DNA of 64,000 nt from Nitrospirota bacterium (GCA_024275955.1 JAJRYD010000007.1:187-64186); one strand, 5' to 3'. Shown: positions 18,076 to 29,195, counted from the first letter of the stretch. Numbers and translations are program-made. Notes: generated by a model from the sequence alone, not told the origin.

Positions 18076-18633
18076 CTATGCACTTGCGTAAGTATTAGTG
18101 AATAATTTGTCTCTAGATTTTTCAACAGTTTTATAGTCTTTATACTGGCTTTGCTTTTCTGCCCATTTAAAGAGTTCATATTTAGCTAAAAATTGGATTA
18201 CTTTAACCGTATTACTATGCTCCCTCATAACGAACAGGGATTCCATATAAAAGGTTTTCAAAACCTTTTTTGCTTCTTCAGGTAATAAACTAACCCTATG
18301 AGAGAATTTCTTAAATTCTTTGGAATTTCCTTCATCTACTAAAGAGAATCTAATCAGTCTTTCAAAATACTTATCTAGTGTAAGGTGTTCTGCAAGTTCA
18401 AGATGTTTGTTAATTATTTCGTAAACGCTTTTGAATACTTCATCTTCTTTATCTAATATTTTATTAGCAACAAGGTATATCCACTGATCTCTTACTTTGT
18501 ATAATCGAAACAGTGCAACTTCTTTTCGTAGCTGGAAATAGTAATAAATGAAAGGTGCAACTGTGATAAGAAACAAGGGGAAAACAAACCTTGCATCATT
18601 AAGGAATTTGCTCAAAAACACTTCTATATTCAT
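18076..18633 (-). CDS. low-GC hypothetical protein with N-terminal TM helix
   Basis: 185-aa ORF, FVFPLFLITVAPFIYYYF hydrophobic segment, AT-rich. Confidence 0.65.
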   Translation of the reverse strand: MNIEVFLSKFLNDARFVFPLFLITVAPFIYYYFQLRKEVALFRLYKVRDQWIYLVANKILDKEDEVFKSVYEIINKHLELAEHLTLDKYFERLIRFSLVDEGNSKEFKKFSHRVSLLPEEAKKVLKTFYMESLFVMREHSNTVKVIQFLAKYELFKWAEKQSQYKDYKTVEKSRDKLFTNTYASA

Positions 18634-18694
18634 CGTAGGTGTTCCATATCATATACCAAATACTCTGCATTTCCTAGCTACTAATTGCATGTTA

Positions 18695-18943
18695 TTACAA
18701 ATTAGAAGATTTCCTGTCATTGCCTAATAGCTTGTTTTCCAAGGCTTTTTTTGCCTTTGCACACTCTTCCAGCCTTTTTCTCATATGCTTTTTGTAAAAA
18801 GGGTGGATTTTATATAGAGAAAATAGAATCATCGCCATTAGCCCAATAATCAATGCAAGGCATTGCCATTCCTCATTTAAGGCGGTGCGGGCAAAAATCG
18901 TTAGCCCGCTCAATATTCCTACTTTGGAAAGAAAATCCCACAC
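18695..18943 (-). CDS. small membrane hypothetical protein
   Basis: 82 aa, two hydrophobic segments and a basic tail; co-oriented with the low-GC gene. Confidence 0.45.
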   Translation of the reverse strand: MWDFLSKVGILSGLTIFARTALNEEWQCLALIIGLMAMILFSLYKIHPFYKKHMRKRLEECAKAKKALENKLLGNDRKSSNL

Positions 18944-19017
18944 GCTTGAATGCTACACCATTTACTCTAGATTGCCAGTCCGCCCTTGAGAGCTTCATGC
19001 GACCACTGCTTGCCGTG

Positions 19018-19410
19018 CTACGGCTTGTGTTGTTTGGCGAAAGCTATCAGGTGGCCGGCCGGTTCGCGCACAAAAATCTCTGTCGCTCCGTAGAAGGTTT
19101 CCCGTTTTGGAACCTCTATCTTCACTCCTTCTAGCCGTTTTTCTATATCGTCGAAATCGTTGACGTATATGTACAGGAGGCCGGTTGGGCGGCCTATGTC
19201 GTCGGCATGGTTCGGCAGATCTTTTTTAAGGCTCGCCTTACTTTGGTACATTATGCTTACGCCGTCTTTGTGCAGGTAGACAAACCCAAGCTCGTCGCCT
19301 TCTTTTACTTCCATTACCTGTTCAAACCCAAGTTTTTCCTTCCAGAACGGGAGGCAAGGCTCGATTTTATCGACATAAAGAACCGGCGTAAGCTTTTGGT
19401 ATTGCTCCAT
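19018..19410 (-). CDS. VOC/glyoxalase (bleomycin-resistance-like) protein
   Basis: LTPVLYVDKIE..L.FW...LGF, LYIYV.D, ETFYGATEIFVREPAGH; ATG 19410. Confidence 0.9.
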   Translation of the reverse strand: MEQYQKLTPVLYVDKIEPCLPFWKEKLGFEQVMEVKEGDELGFVYLHKDGVSIMYQSKASLKKDLPNHADDIGRPTGLLYIYVNDFDDIEKRLEGVKIEVPKRETFYGATEIFVREPAGHLIAFAKQHKP

Positions 19411-19593
19411 TATGCACCTCTCAAAAAGCAGTCGCCAGCATATCCCCCCCCTTGTGTTTGTATCGGGGGTTAGCAAGCCGACTTATAATAAAAACTACTC
19501 CATAACATTTGAAGATTTCTGTAGCTCACTAGCGGGGAGCTTCAAAATGTTTCGATGATACTCTACGCTTCTATTCTAACCCAAAAGCTGTCT

Positions 19594-20061
19594 TCATAGC
19601 GATTTTGCCAACCATAGCTCTTCGATTCGGTACATATGGGTATGGTCGTGAAAAAGCAGATGCCTTACAAGTATGTATGGGTTGTAATCGGTAAAATTAG
19701 AATGCTCTCCATTTTTATGCCAAACATCGTCCGGCATGCTTTTGCAAAGCTCTATAAACTCCCTTCGTGTTTTTGTGAACCTGCCTAACGTTTTTTGCAT
19801 ATCCATCTTAATCAGCTCATCTTCCGGCGTAGTCGTTCCGGGTAGGTAGGGTGCGAATTTAGGGTTGTCTTCTTCGATGAGTCTGCGGATACGGTCAGTA
19901 ACCATCGGCTGGATATGAGGGATATGGCAGGCATGCTCATGTATGCTCCATTTTCCTTCAACCCTTCTTTCTTTGAGAATTTCTGATGGAATCGACCCGA
20001 GCATCTCCTTTAGTATTTCCGGCGTTTTGTCCAAAGCTTCCAGCAGTTCGTTTTTTAGCAT
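19594..20061 (-). CDS. DinB-family protein
   Basis: KWSIHEHACH, RHLLFHDHTH metal-binding histidines. Confidence 0.88.
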   Translation of the reverse strand: MLKNELLEALDKTPEILKEMLGSIPSEILKERRVEGKWSIHEHACHIPHIQPMVTDRIRRLIEEDNPKFAPYLPGTTTPEDELIKMDMQKTLGRFTKTRREFIELCKSMPDDVWHKNGEHSNFTDYNPYILVRHLLFHDHTHMYRIEELWLAKSL

Positions 20062-20732
20062 CCTTTTATTCTCCCTTTTACAGTCGGCGATTCCAGCTCT
20101 CTAAGCGCGTCCCGTGCTATCCATCCGGCAGGTTTCGAGCCGGTTTCCAAAAGCTCTTTGCAAAGCGATATCGCTTTTTTGTTTAGTGCGGTATTCCTTT
20201 TTCCAATCTGTCGTATAGCCCAGTTTACCGCTTTTTTAACGAAGTTGCGTTCGTCCAAAGCTCCCTTCTTGATAGGAGGAAACATTTTTATAAAAGTTTT
20301 GTCGTCGGCCTTTTTATCGCTTCCCGCGAGCTGTGCCATCATCACAAAGCCTGCCCGTTTTACGAACTCTTTTTCACTTTCGCACCATTGGTAAGCCTTT
20401 TTATAGGCGAGCGGAGATTTTTTAAAAAGGTTTTGGATCACCCCGTCGCACAAGTCCCAAGAGTCAAACTTTCTCACCGATGCGTCCATCTGCCTTTCGG
20501 TAAGCTTTTCCGGTTCGTCTACCATCGACGCGAGTATCCTAGCTTCGTGCCAGCCGGAGCCCCAAAGTTTTAGTGCTAGTGAACGGTTTTTGCCGAGCGG
20601 TTTTGCAATTTTGCGAAGCTCGGCGATTGAAATGCCGAAAGCTTTTTCCGTATTGATGCCGAACCGTGCCATCCTGTCGCGGTTTCTTTTTGTGCCGAGC
20701 TGTTTTAGTTTTTTTATTATCGCGTCATACAT
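20055..20732 (-). CDS. AlkD-like DNA alkylation repair protein
   Basis: MARFGI, HEARILA, FDSWDLCD, DERNFVKKAVNWAIRQIGKRN. Confidence 0.92.
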   Translation of the reverse strand: MYDAIIKKLKQLGTKRNRDRMARFGINTEKAFGISIAELRKIAKPLGKNRSLALKLWGSGWHEARILASMVDEPEKLTERQMDASVRKFDSWDLCDGVIQNLFKKSPLAYKKAYQWCESEKEFVKRAGFVMMAQLAGSDKKADDKTFIKMFPPIKKGALDERNFVKKAVNWAIRQIGKRNTALNKKAISLCKELLETGSKPAGWIARDALRELESPTVKGRIKGC

Positions 20733-23700
20733 CGTCGTCCATTTTATCTTTCGGCAAAAGCCGTTGGAAGAACTCTATTATACCCTGTACAAGCTGGTCA
20801 TCGTACAGCCGGTCTATATCTATGGTAAGCCTGCTCTCCCCGGATGGCTTCATACGCATAGGGAACCGCCTGCCGGCTTCCTTTGTTATCGCCACTACAT
20901 GCTGTGAGTATTCGGAGAAGGTTAGCGACATCTCTTTTTTGGTTAGCTTTAGTTTTTCTATTCCAAGCGTGGAAGCGGAGAACTGTAGGATGGTAGCATC
21001 TACAAGCTTTACAGCTTTCTCCGGCAGTTCGCCGTAGCGGTCTTTTAGTTCATTCACAGTTTCTTTTATGCCGTCTATACTCTCCGAACGGTGGAGCTTG
21101 TTGTAGTAGTTCATCCTTTGGTCGAGCATCGGTATATAGCTTTCCTCGAGCTTACCGTTGAAATATATATCAAGCTCTGCTTCTACTTTTACAGATTTTT
21201 TGCCGGACTTTATCTCTTCCACAGCGTCTGCCAGCATACGGCAGTATGTCTCGAACCCGACTGCCGATACCTGCCCCGACTGCTGGCTTCCGAGCATATT
21301 GCCTGCTCCTCTTATTTCCATATCGCGGGAGGCAAGCTTGAAGCTGGAGCCGAGGGCTGATAGCTCTTCTATAGCGGCTATTCTTTTTCTGGCTGTCGGG
21401 GTGAGTGCTTCCGGTACCAGCATATATGCGTATGCTCTATGCTTGTCTCGCCCTACGCGCCCCCTCAGCTGGTAAAGCTGTGAAAGGCCAAATGTGTCAG
21501 CCCTGTTTATGATTATTGTGTTGGCGTTTGGTATGTCCAGCCCCGACTCTATGATGGTGGTGCAAAGCAGTATATCTATCTTGTGTTTTGTAAACTGTTC
21601 CATCGTCTTTTCCAGCTCCTCACCTGACATCTGCCCATGCCCCACCGCTATACGGGCGCGCGGAGTCAGCCCTTTTAGGTAGCTGTGCATATCCATTATA
21701 TTTTCCACCCTGTTATGCACAAAGAATATTTGCCCGCCGCGGCTAAGCTCTCTGTTGACCGCTTCAATAATTACCGTGTCACTGCTTTTTCTTATATAAG
21801 TTTTTATCGAGCGTCTGCTTGGCGGCGGGGTGGAGATGATGCTTATATCTCTTATGCCGGAAAGCGACATATGAAGCGTACGCGGTATAGGGGTGGCGGT
21901 AAGGGTAAGCAGGTCTACCGTTGCCCTTAGTTTTTTAAGCTTTTCCTTGTGGGCCACGCCGAACCGTTGTTCCTCGTCGATGATAACAAGACCGAGGTCG
22001 TTAAACTTTATATCTTTTTGCAAAAGCTTGTGAGTTCCTATAACGACATCTACCTTCCCGTTGCCGATATCCTCTATAGCTTTTTTAAGTTTTTGCTGGT
22101 GTACGAACCGTGAAAGCAGTTCCACTTTCACGCCGAATTTTCCCATCCGTGTTTTAAAGTTGTCGTAATGCTGGTTCGCAAGCAGGGTAGTCGGGACTAG
22201 AATGGCGGTCTGCTTTCCTTCCGCCGCGGCGGCGAAAGCGGCCCGCAGAGCTACTTCAGTCTTTCCATATCCGACATCGCCGCATATCAGCCTGTCCATC
22301 GGTTTGTCGCTGGCCATATCTTTAAAAACGTCGTTGATTGCGTTTGCTTGGTCTCGCGTTTCTATATGTTCGAAAGTTTCGGCAAACTCCTCGTTGGAGG
22401 TATTGGAAGTGGAAAATTTGAACGCCTTTCCCGTTTCACGTTTCGCGTAGAGTTCCAGCAGTTCGCCTGCCATTTTTAAAATAGATTCTTTTACTTTTCT
22501 TTTTGTTTTTTCCCATGTTTTGCCTCCCATCCTGTCTAGCTTTGGGGCAGGGCCGCCGGAGCCGGAATATTTTTCGAGCATATATACATTAGCTATAGGC
22601 ATAAACAGTTGCTGGCTTTCGGCATACTCCAGCTCTAGGTATTCATTGCTGGCGTTGCCGGCGGCGATTACTTTGGTGCCGTGATAGATCCCCACGCCGT
22701 GGTCGCTATGGACGACATAATCGCCTTGAGAGATGTCGGAAAAGTCTGTAACAAACAGCGCTTCTTTTCTCGCTTTCTTTCGTTTGCCAACTACACGCGC
22801 TCTTCCGAATATCTCTTCTTCGGTTGTTATCGCAATACCTAAAGCTTGCGATATAAAACCGGACGAAAGAGCGCCGACGAAAGAGATTATTGAAGGCTCA
22901 CCTCCAGCTAGTATTGTTCTTACCGTAAGAGGCATATCTTTTTCCATTACCTCTTTTATTCCGGTATCTTCCTGTTCGAACAGCTCTTCCATCCTTTTAA
23001 TAGAGTCTTGAGAGCTTACAAGCACTATCGACGATATATCTTGGGAGAGTCTTTGCCTGCAGTCGTATATATACCTGTTGAACGCGCCCCTGTAGCGCGG
23101 CGGTTCGGCTGTATGTATCGTTTTTATATTTTCGTTTTCATCCTCCATAGATATTTCCGTTAGGCTTAGCACCAGCTTTTCTTTAAGCAGGCTCTCTATT
23201 TCATTTGCGTCAGCATACAGCTCGTCCGGCGAAGGGTAATACTCCCCTCTTTCTATCGCTTGGGCGTAGCCGTCGCTTATTTCAGATAGGAAAAGCTCCT
23301 GCCTTTCCTTTACTCTCTCAGGCTCGCAGATGACGGTAGAAAAGTTTGACGGCAAAAAGTCTAGCGGTTCGGAGGCATCTTTGTAGAAGTACGGCAGGAA
23401 AAGCTCCATCGCTTGGAAGAACTGTTTGTCCCTAAACTTTGCCTTTAGCTCATCAAGCGGTACGGAATGTTTTTTTTCAAGCTCCCCAAGTTTTCCGATA
23501 AGAAGCTCCAAGTCAATTCCGCCATAGCTAGCGTCTTTTACGGAAGGTATCTCTACCTCGTTCACGCTTTTAAGCGAGCGTTGTGTATCGAGGTCGAAAT
23601 ATTTTATTATCTCCACCTCGTCGCCGAACAGTTCTATCCGTATAGGGTTTTCCTCAGACGGCGGAAAGATATCGAGTATTCCGCCGCGAATAGCGAACAT

Positions 23701-24189
23701 CCCCGGCTCGTCGACAGGGTCGCAAAAAGAGTAGCCGGCTTCATCCAGAAAATCTTTTAGGCTTTCGATGTTTATCTCTTTTCCTTTTGTGATTGTTCTG
23801 GAACTGCCTGCTATTATTTCTGGCGGAGCGCACCTTTGCGTAAGGGCCGCTATGGTGGTAACGCATATAAAAGGCGAGCTTCCTTCTAGTGCCGCAAGCG
23901 TTGCCAACGCCTTGTTACGCGCGGCAGATACCTCTATATGCGGGGAGAGCGGTTCGTATGGAAGGGTCTCGTACTGTGGGAGGTATATAACATCGCTACC
24001 CGCTGTAAGGAACAGCGATATGTCGTTCGCGAATCTTTCCGCTTCGGCGATGTCCGGCGTTATTATAAGAAGGTTTTTCCGTTTTGCGGCAAAGAGTTCG
24101 GCTGTTATCAACGCCTGGGCAGGGCCGGTTAGCCCCTGTAGACGCACCACCCCCTTGTTATCGAACAGCTCTCGTACAGGAATCGGCAT
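20725..24189 (-). CDS. mfd: transcription-repair coupling factor
   Basis: UvrB-like N-terminus, CarD-like RID (VVHSDHGVG), [31 protein letters not shown]-terminus. Confidence 0.98.
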   Translation of the reverse strand: MPIPVRELFDNKGVVRLQGLTGPAQALITAELFAAKRKNLLIITPDIAEAERFANDISLFLTAGSDVIYLPQYETLPYEPLSPHIEVSAARNKALATLAALEGSSPFICVTTIAALTQRCAPPEIIAGSSRTITKGKEINIESLKDFLDEAGYSFCDPVDEPGMFAIRGGILDIFPPSEENPIRIELFGDEVEIIKYFDLDTQRSLKSVNEVEIPSVKDASYGGIDLELLIGKLGELEKKHSVPLDELKAKFRDKQFFQAMELFLPYFYKDASEPLDFLPSNFSTVICEPERVKERQELFLSEISDGYAQAIERGEYYPSPDELYADANEIESLLKEKLVLSLTEISMEDENENIKTIHTAEPPRYRGAFNRYIYDCRQRLSQDISSIVLVSSQDSIKRMEELFEQEDTGIKEVMEKDMPLTVRTILAGGEPSIISFVGALSSGFISQALGIAITTEEEIFGRARVVGKRKKARKEALFVTDFSDISQGDYVVHSDHGVGIYHGTKVIAAGNASNEYLELEYAESQQLFMPIANVYMLEKYSGSGGPAPKLDRMGGKTWEKTKRKVKESILKMAGELLELYAKRETGKAFKFSTSNTSNEEFAETFEHIETRDQANAINDVFKDMASDKPMDRLICGDVGYGKTEVALRAAFAAAAEGKQTAILVPTTLLANQHYDNFKTRMGKFGVKVELLSRFVHQQKLKKAIEDIGNGKVDVVIGTHKLLQKDIKFNDLGLVIIDEEQRFGVAHKEKLKKLRATVDLLTLTATPIPRTLHMSLSGIRDISIISTPPPSRRSIKTYIRKSSDTVIIEAVNRELSRGGQIFFVHNRVENIMDMHSYLKGLTPRARIAVGHGQMSGEELEKTMEQFTKHKIDILLCTTIIESGLDIPNANTIIINRADTFGLSQLYQLRGRVGRDKHRAYAYMLVPEALTPTARKRIAAIEELSALGSSFKLASRDMEIRGAGNMLGSQQSGQVSAVGFETYCRMLADAVEEIKSGKKSVKVEAELDIYFNGKLEESYIPMLDQRMNYYNKLHRSESIDGIKETVNELKDRYGELPEKAVKLVDATILQFSASTLGIEKLKLTKKEMSLTFSEYSQHVVAITKEAGRRFPMRMKPSGESRLTIDIDRLYDDQLVQGIIEFFQRLLPKDKMDDDV

Positions 24190-24300
24190 AGGGAAGGTAT
24201 CTTAGCAGAGTGGTTGCGTGGCAGGTAGCTTGAATTGTCCTATAACGGTAGGAGACCTGTTCTCGCAGGCGATAGATGTTACTTTTGAGGACTTCTAGAA

Positions 24301-24431
24301 GGGGGCTGTTGCCGAATGGCATAAATTTGATTTTGCTGTAAATTGCCAATCCCTAAAGCCTCTGTTTTTGCAAAGTTAGAAAATGAAATTCTCCTTGAAA
24401 TGCTCAAAAAACTCTTTCCAGAAACAGTCCC
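24301..24431 (+). mobile_element. MITE family 1, subtype B
   Basis: gggggctgttgccgaat...ttccagaaacagtccc TIRs. Confidence 0.8.
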
Positions 24432-24624
24432 TTAAAACTCGAATAGTTTTGGTAAAGCAACCGCTGTCACCTGACGGCGAGGCGCCTCTTTTCAATAAAT
24501 CCTTTCCTTTGATAGAAGGGCAAGGTTGCCCTTTAAGGGGCGCCACCCTTTAGTCCCCTTTAAGAAAGGAGGGAAGCGTGCGGCCTGTTGTAATAATAGT
24601 TTACGAATAGTTTTTCTTTTTTCG

Positions 24625-24681
24625 CTCTCCGCGTTCTCTGCGGTTAATCTTTCCTTATGTTTCACCGCAAAGAGCGCAGAG
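24625..24681. repeat. REP-like inverted repeat pair
   Basis: ctccgcgttctctgcggt and accgcaaagagcgcagag are near reverse complements (15 of 18). Confidence 0.55.
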
Positions 24682-24786
24682 GGGAACAGTAAGCGTCCCG
24701 CCGAAGGTGGTAACGGCGCATAAGGCAAGAGAGCCTCTGTTGTCGAAAGACTTATTGTTTACCGCTGGCGACAACCGCCTGCCGTG

Positions 24787-25338
24787 CTACGGTTTTGAGT
24801 ACTGCCTGTTCCAGTATTCTTCGAGGTAGTCGTATGCTCCCCAAAGCGAGAAGACAACCGCGATGTATATGAGGATTGTTCCTATCGTTTGAAAGTGGAT
24901 GATGCCGATATCCCACTGGAGTATGAGGAACTCCATAGCCGCTATCTCGAACCCTGTTTTCCATTTGCCTTTCCAGTTTGCGGGGATTATATGGTTTTCC
25001 GTCGCCGCCATCATCCGAACTCCGGTAACGGCGAACTCTCTCGATATTATCAGCGTGCCGAGCCATGCCGGAATATGACCGATAGCTATCATAGGTATAA
25101 GAACCGAGAGTATCAGCACTTTGTCGGCTATCGGGTCTAGCAGTTTGCCAAGCGGGGTTATGGTATCGGTGGTTCTTGCTAGGTAGCCGTCTAAATAGTC
25201 TGTAAACGCCGCCGCGCCGAAAACAAGCGCCGCCAGTATGTTGGCAAAAGAGCTTTCTTTTGTTAGGAGAATAAGGATAAGCGGCACAGCCAGAATCCGT
25301 GAGAGGGTAAACTTTGTTGGAAGGTTAAGGTTTTTCAA
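24787..25338 (-). CDS. pgsA: CDP-diacylglycerol--glycerol-3-phosphate 3-phosphatidyltransferase
   Basis: TDYLDGYLAR......LGKLLDPIADK, ISREFAVTG.R. Confidence 0.93.
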   Translation of the reverse strand: MKNLNLPTKFTLSRILAVPLILILLTKESSFANILAALVFGAAAFTDYLDGYLARTTDTITPLGKLLDPIADKVLILSVLIPMIAIGHIPAWLGTLIISREFAVTGVRMMAATENHIIPANWKGKWKTGFEIAAMEFLILQWDIGIIHFQTIGTILIYIAVVFSLWGAYDYLEEYWNRQYSKP

Positions 25339-25374
25339 TTTTTATTTTACTTTTTTATTCCGTCAACAGCCACG

Positions 25375-26058
25375 TTAAAGGTTGCTTATAGCTCCTCTTG
25401 GAGTGTCTGTAAGCAGTATATTGCCATAGCTGTCGATATAGCGGTATATTTTCATTTTCTTTTTCCGTTTTTTTCTTATAACCGGCGCGCCGTCATAAAT
25501 GGCCATTACCTTTTTGACGTAATTGATAGTTTCCGGGTATGGCGGGATGCCGGAAAACCTCTTTACCGCTGTTTCGCCGGCATTGTATGCCGCAAGTGCT
25601 AGACGGAGATCCCCTTTATATATCTCCAAAAGGTCGCTTAGGTAGTTCGTTCCGGCGTTTATGTTTTCGGACGGGATAAAAGCATCCCTCACTTTGTACT
25701 TTCGCGCGGTTTTCGGCATAAGCTGCATTAACCCTTGCGCCCCCGCAGGGGAGATAGCTTTTCGGTTGAAAGCCGACTCTACCTGTATAACGCTTTTTAT
25801 CAGCTTTGGGTCTATTCCATGCGTTTTGCCGGCTGTTGAAATTTCCTTTTCGTAGAGCTGGCTTCGGGCCGGCAGATACTTTTTTGCCTTTTCTCTTGGA
25901 ACTTTGAGGTAAATGCTAAAAGAGTTGTTCATAGGCCTGTTGGTAAAGTGTATGGTACCTCCTTCATCGACATATTTTACTATATCCGCGTATGCCGGAA
26001 AGGCTATAGAAACCAGTACCGGCACGAAAAAAATAAAAATATTCACCCGCTTACACAT
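25375..26058 (-). CDS. lytic transglycosylase (SLT domain, DUF4124-like N-terminus)
   Basis: VIQVESAFN..AISPAGAQGLMQLMP, ALAAYNAG, PPYPETINYV. Confidence 0.93.
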   Translation of the reverse strand: MCKRVNIFIFFVPVLVSIAFPAYADIVKYVDEGGTIHFTNRPMNNSFSIYLKVPREKAKKYLPARSQLYEKEISTAGKTHGIDPKLIKSVIQVESAFNRKAISPAGAQGLMQLMPKTARKYKVRDAFIPSENINAGTNYLSDLLEIYKGDLRLALAAYNAGETAVKRFSGIPPYPETINYVKKVMAIYDGAPVIRKKRKKKMKIYRYIDSYGNILLTDTPRGAISNL

Positions 26059-26127
26059 ATCGCTTTTAAGTTTAGATTGAAAAATATGCCCAGTCAAACT
26101 TTGAAATATGTTATAAAAGTGGAAGTT

Positions 26128-26883
26128 ATGGGGGTAACGGGCAGGCTTTTGGTTAGTTTTGTTGCGTTACTGTTTCTTTTTCCTCTGCCCTATCTTTACG
26201 CCGCTGATAGCTCTCCCTTTGATGAATACTGGACAGTGATGGCGTTCAATAAAGGCGGCCCTATGATGTGGCCGATTCTCTTTTGCTCCATCGTTTCTTT
26301 TGGGATAATTATAGAAAGGCTGTTTCAGCTAAGAAGGAGCAAAATAATACATCCGGGTTTTCTTGAAGAGGTGCGCATGCTCTGGATGGAGCGCAAGTTC
26401 GGCGACGCACTGGAAGAGTGCGCTAAATATTCCGACACTATGTCGCGCATAGTAAGAGCCGGACTGCTTCGCGCCAACCTAGGGATACTGGAAATAGAGC
26501 GGGCGGTGGAGGGGGCCGGCAACCATGAGTCGACGGTTCTTATGACGAACCTTAGAGGGCTTGGAGTAATAGCAAACCTCGCGCCTATGCTGGGACTGCT
26601 TGGCACGGTCGCTGGAATGATAAAAGCTTTTAACGTTATCTCCACTTCCGGCGCGGGGAACCCTTCGCTGGTGGCAACCGGAATATCGGAAGCGTTGATA
26701 ACCACAGCGGCGGGGCTTATTGTCGGCATACCTACCCTTGCGGCGTACCACTTTTTGCGCGGCAAGGCGGAAAAGCTTATTTTCGAAATGGAAGAGATGT
26801 CGATAACCTTTATGGAAGAGATAAGCTACGCGCTGAATAAAAAGAGAACTAATGAGGTAAAGGGTGAGATTTCTAAAAGCTGA
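26128..26883 (+). CDS. exbB: MotA/TolQ/ExbB proton channel protein
   Basis: APMLGLLGTVAGMIKAF, GISEALITTAAGL.V.IP. Confidence 0.9.
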   Translation: MGVTGRLLVSFVALLFLFPLPYLYAADSSPFDEYWTVMAFNKGGPMMWPILFCSIVSFGIIIERLFQLRRSKIIHPGFLEEVRMLWMERKFGDALEECAKYSDTMSRIVRAGLLRANLGILEIERAVEGAGNHESTVLMTNLRGLGVIANLAPMLGLLGTVAGMIKAFNVISTSGAGNPSLVATGISEALITTAAGLIVGIPTLAAYHFLRGKAEKLIFEMEEMSITFMEEISYALNKKRTNEVKGEISKS

Positions 26884-27256
26884 CGAAGAAGACTACTCGA
26901 TGCAGCTTACGCCGCTTATCGACGTGGTTTTTCTTCTTTTGATATTTTTCATGGTCTCCACCGCGTTTGTCGATTTTACCAAACAGCTCGATATAGAACT
27001 GCCGGAGGCGAAGGCTGGTGCCGTAAGCACCGAAACAAAAGTTTTTACGATAGAAGTAAACAGCTTGGGAGAGGTTTTTATTGACGGCAAAAGCGTAACG
27101 ATGAAAGAGATACCAGAAGAAATAGCTGTACGGCGGGGAGAAAAGCGTTCGGTGATTATCCGCGCCGATAAAAAGGTTCACTATGGGCTTGCTGTAGAAA
27201 TAATGGGTATATGCAAAGATTCGGGAGTCAACGATATAGGGCTTGCCATTTTATGA
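26864..27256 (+). CDS. exbD: ExbD/TolR biopolymer transporter
   Basis: LTPLIDVVFLLLIFFMV, VIIRADK.V.YG. Confidence 0.92.
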   Translation: MRFLKADEEDYSMQLTPLIDVVFLLLIFFMVSTAFVDFTKQLDIELPEAKAGAVSTETKVFTIEVNSLGEVFIDGKSVTMKEIPEEIAVRRGEKRSVIIRADKKVHYGLAVEIMGICKDSGVNDIGLAIL

Positions 27257-27933
27257 CCTTTGCAATCAGGACGGTACTTCTCTTTGTTTTTTGTTTGTCG
27301 GTTTTTATTCAAGATGCCGGTTCCGGTGTCGCTAAAAAAGATAAGCAGGGTGTCTCCGGCCCCGACGCGGTTCTCGACGAAAAGGGGATGAATATATATT
27401 TTGATAGAGATATTTTCCTTTTTATGCTGGAAAATATTCCTCTCTCTGTCAAGCTAGCGGGAGAGCTGGGGCTGACCGAGTTTACCGTGGCAAAAGGCAA
27501 AGAGGGGCATATCTTTGCCGAGCCTTGGTTTAAAGTAGTTCTAAAAAAAGCTGAAATGAATGACGGCGAGAGAGCGTTAGAGTTTAGCTACCTTATAGGT
27601 TTCGAGAGCTTACTGCCTATAAACAGTTCTGGTTACGGCGAGGCGTTTATAACCTCTATTGAGGAAAAAGAAGGACAGACAAGGGCAGACATACAGATTA
27701 GGCTTTACGCCGGCAACGGCATGCTCGACGAAGTTATGAAAAGTTTTCCAATCATTCTTAAATCGGTTTTTTCGATACAGATGGAAAAGGTTTTCAGGCA
27801 GGCAGAGGAGCTTGCCGTCTATTTTAGGGACGATGCCGGTTATATTCTCGAAATAGCCGGCGATGAGGAGTCTGAATTTACGGTACCAGAACTAAAGAAG
27901 GTTAAAAACTTTTTGAGTAGGACAACTTTATGA
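27253..27933 (+). CDS. secreted hypothetical protein
   Basis: signal-like N-terminus; ATGA overlaps with both neighbours. Confidence 0.7.
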   Translation: MTFAIRTVLLFVFCLSVFIQDAGSGVAKKDKQGVSGPDAVLDEKGMNIYFDRDIFLFMLENIPLSVKLAGELGLTEFTVAKGKEGHIFAEPWFKVVLKKAEMNDGERALEFSYLIGFESLLPINSSGYGEAFITSIEEKEGQTRADIQIRLYAGNGMLDEVMKSFPIILKSVFSIQMEKVFRQAEELAVYFRDDAGYILEIAGDEESEFTVPELKKVKNFLSRTTL

Positions 27934-29195
27934 CAACTGTCGGTAATTACGGCAAACGGTTTGAAGAGCTTGAAAAACGGCTTGAGACTTTGCAGACAGT
28001 TTCGCGCGTTGGCGCGATAATTTCGAGCAAGCTTAATTTGAAAGAGCTTGCCAGCGCGGTTGTCGAGCATCTTGGCAAGGTTTTAAAAAACGATAGGGTG
28101 AACGTCGTTATCTATCATCCCGAACCGCGGGAGCTGGAGTTCATAGCCTCCTTTATTTCCGGCGAGATAGATGGGAACGAATCCGAAATATATGCTCTCA
28201 GCGACGGCATGAACTCGTGGATAGTGAATAACCGCAAACCGCTTCTTATGAAAGATGATACGGTGAAGGAGTGCGAAGTTGCCGGCATAAGGCATGGCGG
28301 TAAGCGGGCTAGGTCGTGGCTTGGGGTGCCTATGGTGCATAACGAAAAGATAAAAGGGGTTTTAAGCGTGCAAAGCTATAATGAGCCGAACCTCTACGAT
28401 GACAATTCTATTGAAATGCTCACTCTTGTCGCGGGGCAGGTTGCCGTGGCTCTGGAAAACGCGAAACTCTACGAAGCGATGGGGAAAAGAGAAGCTGAAA
28501 AACAGAAGCTTTATTTTTCACTTACGCACGACCTTCTCGGTTTCGTCAGCCCTATATCCGGCTTTGCCGAGGTTTTGCGGCATCTTGAGCCGGAAGACTT
28601 TGCCGGCAAGAAAGACGAAATAAGCATCGCTTTAAACAGTAGCGCGGAAAGAATAACAGGTTTCGTGGAAGATATACTGACGTTTTCCAAGCTTCAGTCC
28701 GGCAATCTGGAACTGAAAGAGGAAAGAGTGAACCTGTTTAAAATAATCGAGCAGTCTATAAAAAACTACCATGCCGAAATAGAGATGAGGAACCTCGACA
28801 TTTATGTGGAAGGTGAAAAGACGATGTCGCCTGCCGAAAAGTTTCCCGTGAAGATTATCAGGTGCGACGCGAGGCAGATTGAGAGAGTAATGAACAACGT
28901 GGTGCATAACGCGGTAAAGCATGCCGGAAGCAAGCTGGAGATATCTACCGTTACGGAAGGCAGTTTTGCGGGGTGCAGTGTAAGCGACGATGGCAACGGA
29001 ATGCTTAGCGAAGATTCTAAAAAAGTTTTTGACGAATATTATCAGGCCGAAAGGGGTAAAAAGGGAGTGGGGCTTGGACTCCCGTCTGTAAAAAGAATAG
29101 TGGAACAGCATGGCGGCAGGGTGAAGGTGAAAACGGAGCTTGGCAAAGGCTTTCTGTTCAGCTTTTTGCTTCCGATTCAAGAGGCGGAGGCTTAA
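27930..29195 (+). CDS. GAF-domain sensor histidine kinase
   Basis: GAF (SWLGVPM...GVLSVQSY), H-box THDL, N-box HNAVKH, DDGNGM, GVGLGL. Confidence 0.93.
   Translation: MTTVGNYGKRFEELEKRLETLQTVSRVGAIISSKLNLKELASAVVEHLGKVLKNDRVNVVIYHPEPRELEFIASFISGEIDGNESEIYALSDGMNSWIVNNRKPLLMKDDTVKECEVAGIRHGGKRARSWLGVPMVHNEKIKGVLSVQSYNEPNLYDDNSIEMLTLVAGQVAVALENAKLYEAMGKREAEKQKLYFSLTHDLLGFVSPISGFAEVLRHLEPEDFAGKKDEISIALNSSAERITGFVEDILTFSKLQSGNLELKEERVNLFKIIEQSIKNYHAEIEMRNLDIYVEGEKTMSPAEKFPVKIIRCDARQIERVMNNVVHNAVKHAGSKLEISTVTEGSFAGCSVSDDGNGMLSEDSKKVFDEYYQAERGKKGVGLGLPSVKRIVEQHGGRVKVKTELGKGFLFSFLLPIQEAEA

Noticed and set aside
24492-24728. ORFs overlapping the pgsA-mfd intergenic repeats
   Set aside because: Their peptide (LTAENAE) is a translation of the REP-like repeat.
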